Positions 62,300-64,000 of a DNA stretch of 64,000 nucleotides are shown piece after piece. The stretch comes from Pseudomonadota bacterium. Its GTDB lineage: Bacteria; Campylobacterota; Campylobacteria; Campylobacterales; Sulfurimonadaceae. The notes beneath the pieces are model-generated. The model did not search any database and was not told the DNA's origin. It worked only from the letters and a program-made list of their open reading frames with translations. Numbering within the stretch: position 1 is the first letter of the stretch; each line of letters starts with the position of its first letter. The DNA lies in the NCBI GenBank assembly GCA_043797085.1, contig JAZDQA010000005.1, forward strand, positions 128,001 through 192,000, given 5' to 3'. The position numbers were made by a program, and so were the translations under genes.

Positions 62300-63871
62300 A
62301 TGAAACACGCAAAAATGGTAAGGGTTTTCCCTTATATCCTCTGTAGTCTTCTATTGAATGTTGCTTATGCTGAAAACAGTGTACGGATCGATAATGATTT
62401 ATACTTCCAGCATAATAATATTTCTGGTAACACTTCTAGTTCAATACTTACGAATGGTTTGACCTATTATGATGTCTTGTCACTCTATACGAACGGTAAT
62501 CTTGCAGATTATACATACAGTCTAAATGTTGGTGTCAGATTAACAGATGATCAGCGAAAAGATCTTAAAAATGTTTCTCTATATATGTTGTCTGGACAAA
62601 TAAAAAATGACGAGCAAGTGTTGGACTTGGGAGATTATTTTAGATCTTACTCTAAATATTCTATGAATTCAGGACTTAAAGGTGTGGCGTATACATATAG
62701 CAGTACGACAGGTGACACAATAGATGTTTTATATGGAATTGCTTATCCAAGATGGGATAGTTTCTGGAACAATGAAGTTGAATCAACAAAACGGAAAGTT
62801 TACGGGGCGCGTTACAGTAAAAAAGTTAATGAGGAACTTACTGCTGGTATAGATGTAGTTAAAACGGATGACAGTAACGAGGTGGTAGCCAATATTCCTC
62901 TTTATAAAACAACACTTTTGACTGTAAATTCTACCTATAGACCGATACCTGGACTAAAGCTCTATGGAGAATATTCATTTTCAGAAAATGAAACAAGTGG
63001 AACTGGTGTCATAAAACAAAGTGGCGGGGCACTTTTTTTGCAGGCAGTAGGAAATAAAAATCCAAGTCGTGTTCAATTAGAATATGAGAGAGTCTCTCCT
63101 GATTTTAAAACACTAACAGGGTCAGGAACTCCTGATAGAGAAAAAGTAAAAGGAACCTGGCGATATAAAATGACGGATAAAATAACGTTTAATACAGGAA
63201 TGTTATGGTTCAGAGATAATTTAGATGGAGATCAAGTAAATACTACGAATACCTATAGACCTAACATAGGATTTACGTTTAAAGAACTTTTTGACAGACG
63301 TTATGCAGTTGTTGATCTAAATTATAAATTAAACAATATTGATAGTGGAGCTACTAAAACATCCGATGATATGTATGATATGAACTATCGAGATAGATTC
63401 GGTATTGTTTATTCTGATATTAGTCTTGGCTACAATGTTTATGACATTAGCAATAACGTGAGATATCAGAATGAATTTCGCTTCAATACAGCATTTAATA
63501 CACGTCACACCTATGAAAATTTCGTCTTGAAGCCGTCAGTAATCGTAGGCATATTGGACATGAATGATGAGCTTACCAACAATGGAAACAATCAGTATGA
63601 ACAGGCTGCATTGGGATTAGGACTGGATATCCCGAAACAAAACATTTCCTCAAATTTTAGAATCGGTAAAAATAGATCGACAAGAGATATTGGTGATAAT
63701 ATGGATTATGTGTTCAGTTCGTTAGACCTCTATTGGAATGTAGGCAAGGTAGATCAATTTAGTAATATAATGATCTACTGTAAAACATTTCTCAATGACT
63801 ACCAATACACGACATTGGCAAACAACTACCGAGAAGAAAGCATTACTCTCGGTGCAAAATTCTCATTTTAA
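62300..63871 (+). CDS. Hypothetical outer-membrane beta-barrel protein
   Basis: Signal peptide, alternating aromatic beta-strand pattern, C-terminal GAKFSF. Confidence 0.6.
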   Translation: MKHAKMVRVFPYILCSLLLNVAYAENSVRIDNDLYFQHNNISGNTSSSILTNGLTYYDVLSLYTNGNLADYTYSLNVGVRLTDDQRKDLKNVSLYMLSGQIKNDEQVLDLGDYFRSYSKYSMNSGLKGVAYTYSSTTGDTIDVLYGIAYPRWDSFWNNEVESTKRKVYGARYSKKVNEELTAGIDVVKTDDSNEVVANIPLYKTTLLTVNSTYRPIPGLKLYGEYSFSENETSGTGVIKQSGGALFLQAVGNKNPSRVQLEYERVSPDFKTLTGSGTPDREKVKGTWRYKMTDKITFNTGMLWFRDNLDGDQVNTTNTYRPNIGFTFKELFDRRYAVVDLNYKLNNIDSGATKTSDDMYDMNYRDRFGIVYSDISLGYNVYDISNNVRYQNEFRFNTAFNTRHTYENFVLKPSVIVGILDMNDELTNNGNNQYEQAALGLGLDIPKQNISSNFRIGKNRSTRDIGDNMDYVFSSLDLYWNVGKVDQFSNIMIYCKTFLNDYQYTTLANNYREESITLGAKFSF

Positions 63872-63880
63872 GGATCAAAA

Positions 63881-64000
63881 ATGAAAAATAAAATAGCTTT
63901 TTTACTGATCGGTTTTTTGTTTATTTTAGCCCCTTCATTGGAGGCAAAATGGTGGATTTTCGGAGGTTCTGAAGAAGAAGTCGGTTTTGATTATCTCTAT
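63881..64000 (+). CDS. Start of a secreted protein, truncated by the window end
   Basis: AAGGA RBS; MKNKIAFLLIGFLFILAPSLEA signal peptide. Confidence 0.65.
   Translation, partial: MKNKIAFLLIGFLFILAPSLEAKWWIFGGSEEEVGFDYLY

Overview
Chromosomal window from a Campylobacterota (Epsilonproteobacteria) bacterium, probably Sulfuricurvum/Sulfurimonas-like. This is inferred from the fused CcsBA, MutS-HNH, FapA, rpsA-serA order and TGnTAnAAT promoters. Layout: (1) 1-15.3 kb is the end of a surface-polysaccharide locus (Wzy, three tandem GT-like paralogs, oxidoreductase, two fused IS relics, WecA, priming sugar transferase, a repeat-flanked orphan ATPase, SLT, SLBB export protein, Wzz). (2) 15.3-34.9 kb is core genes (rpsA, serA, MutS7-like, ADP-forming acyl-CoA ligase, selO, fapA, split RND pump, efp, DJ-1, DUF1566). 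(3) 34.9-49.9 kb is the highlight, a complete lasso-peptide RiPP island. It encodes an RRE, cyclase, peptidase, ABC exporter, HPr-type kinase, nucleotidyltransferase, sulfotransferase, adjacent PAPS-supply genes (cysD, cysN, two APS kinases) and an UnbU-UnbV-like fusion. An unannotated 46-aa precursor at 37341-37481 has the predicted core SASLSSPVEGPWSHPFS. (4) 50-57.9 kb is core genes (malic enzyme, rhlE, yaiI, gdhA, ccsBA). (5) 57.9-58.65 kb is a repeat-rich intergenic region with a 130-bp duplication of a gene end and a candidate type I toxin-antitoxin locus (19-aa hydrophobic ORF plus a complementary ~80-nt RNA). (6) The window ends with an HD-GYP sensor, dnaJ, a probably leaderless recR and an outer-membrane barrel. 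All product calls come from motif recognition by eye; no searches were run.
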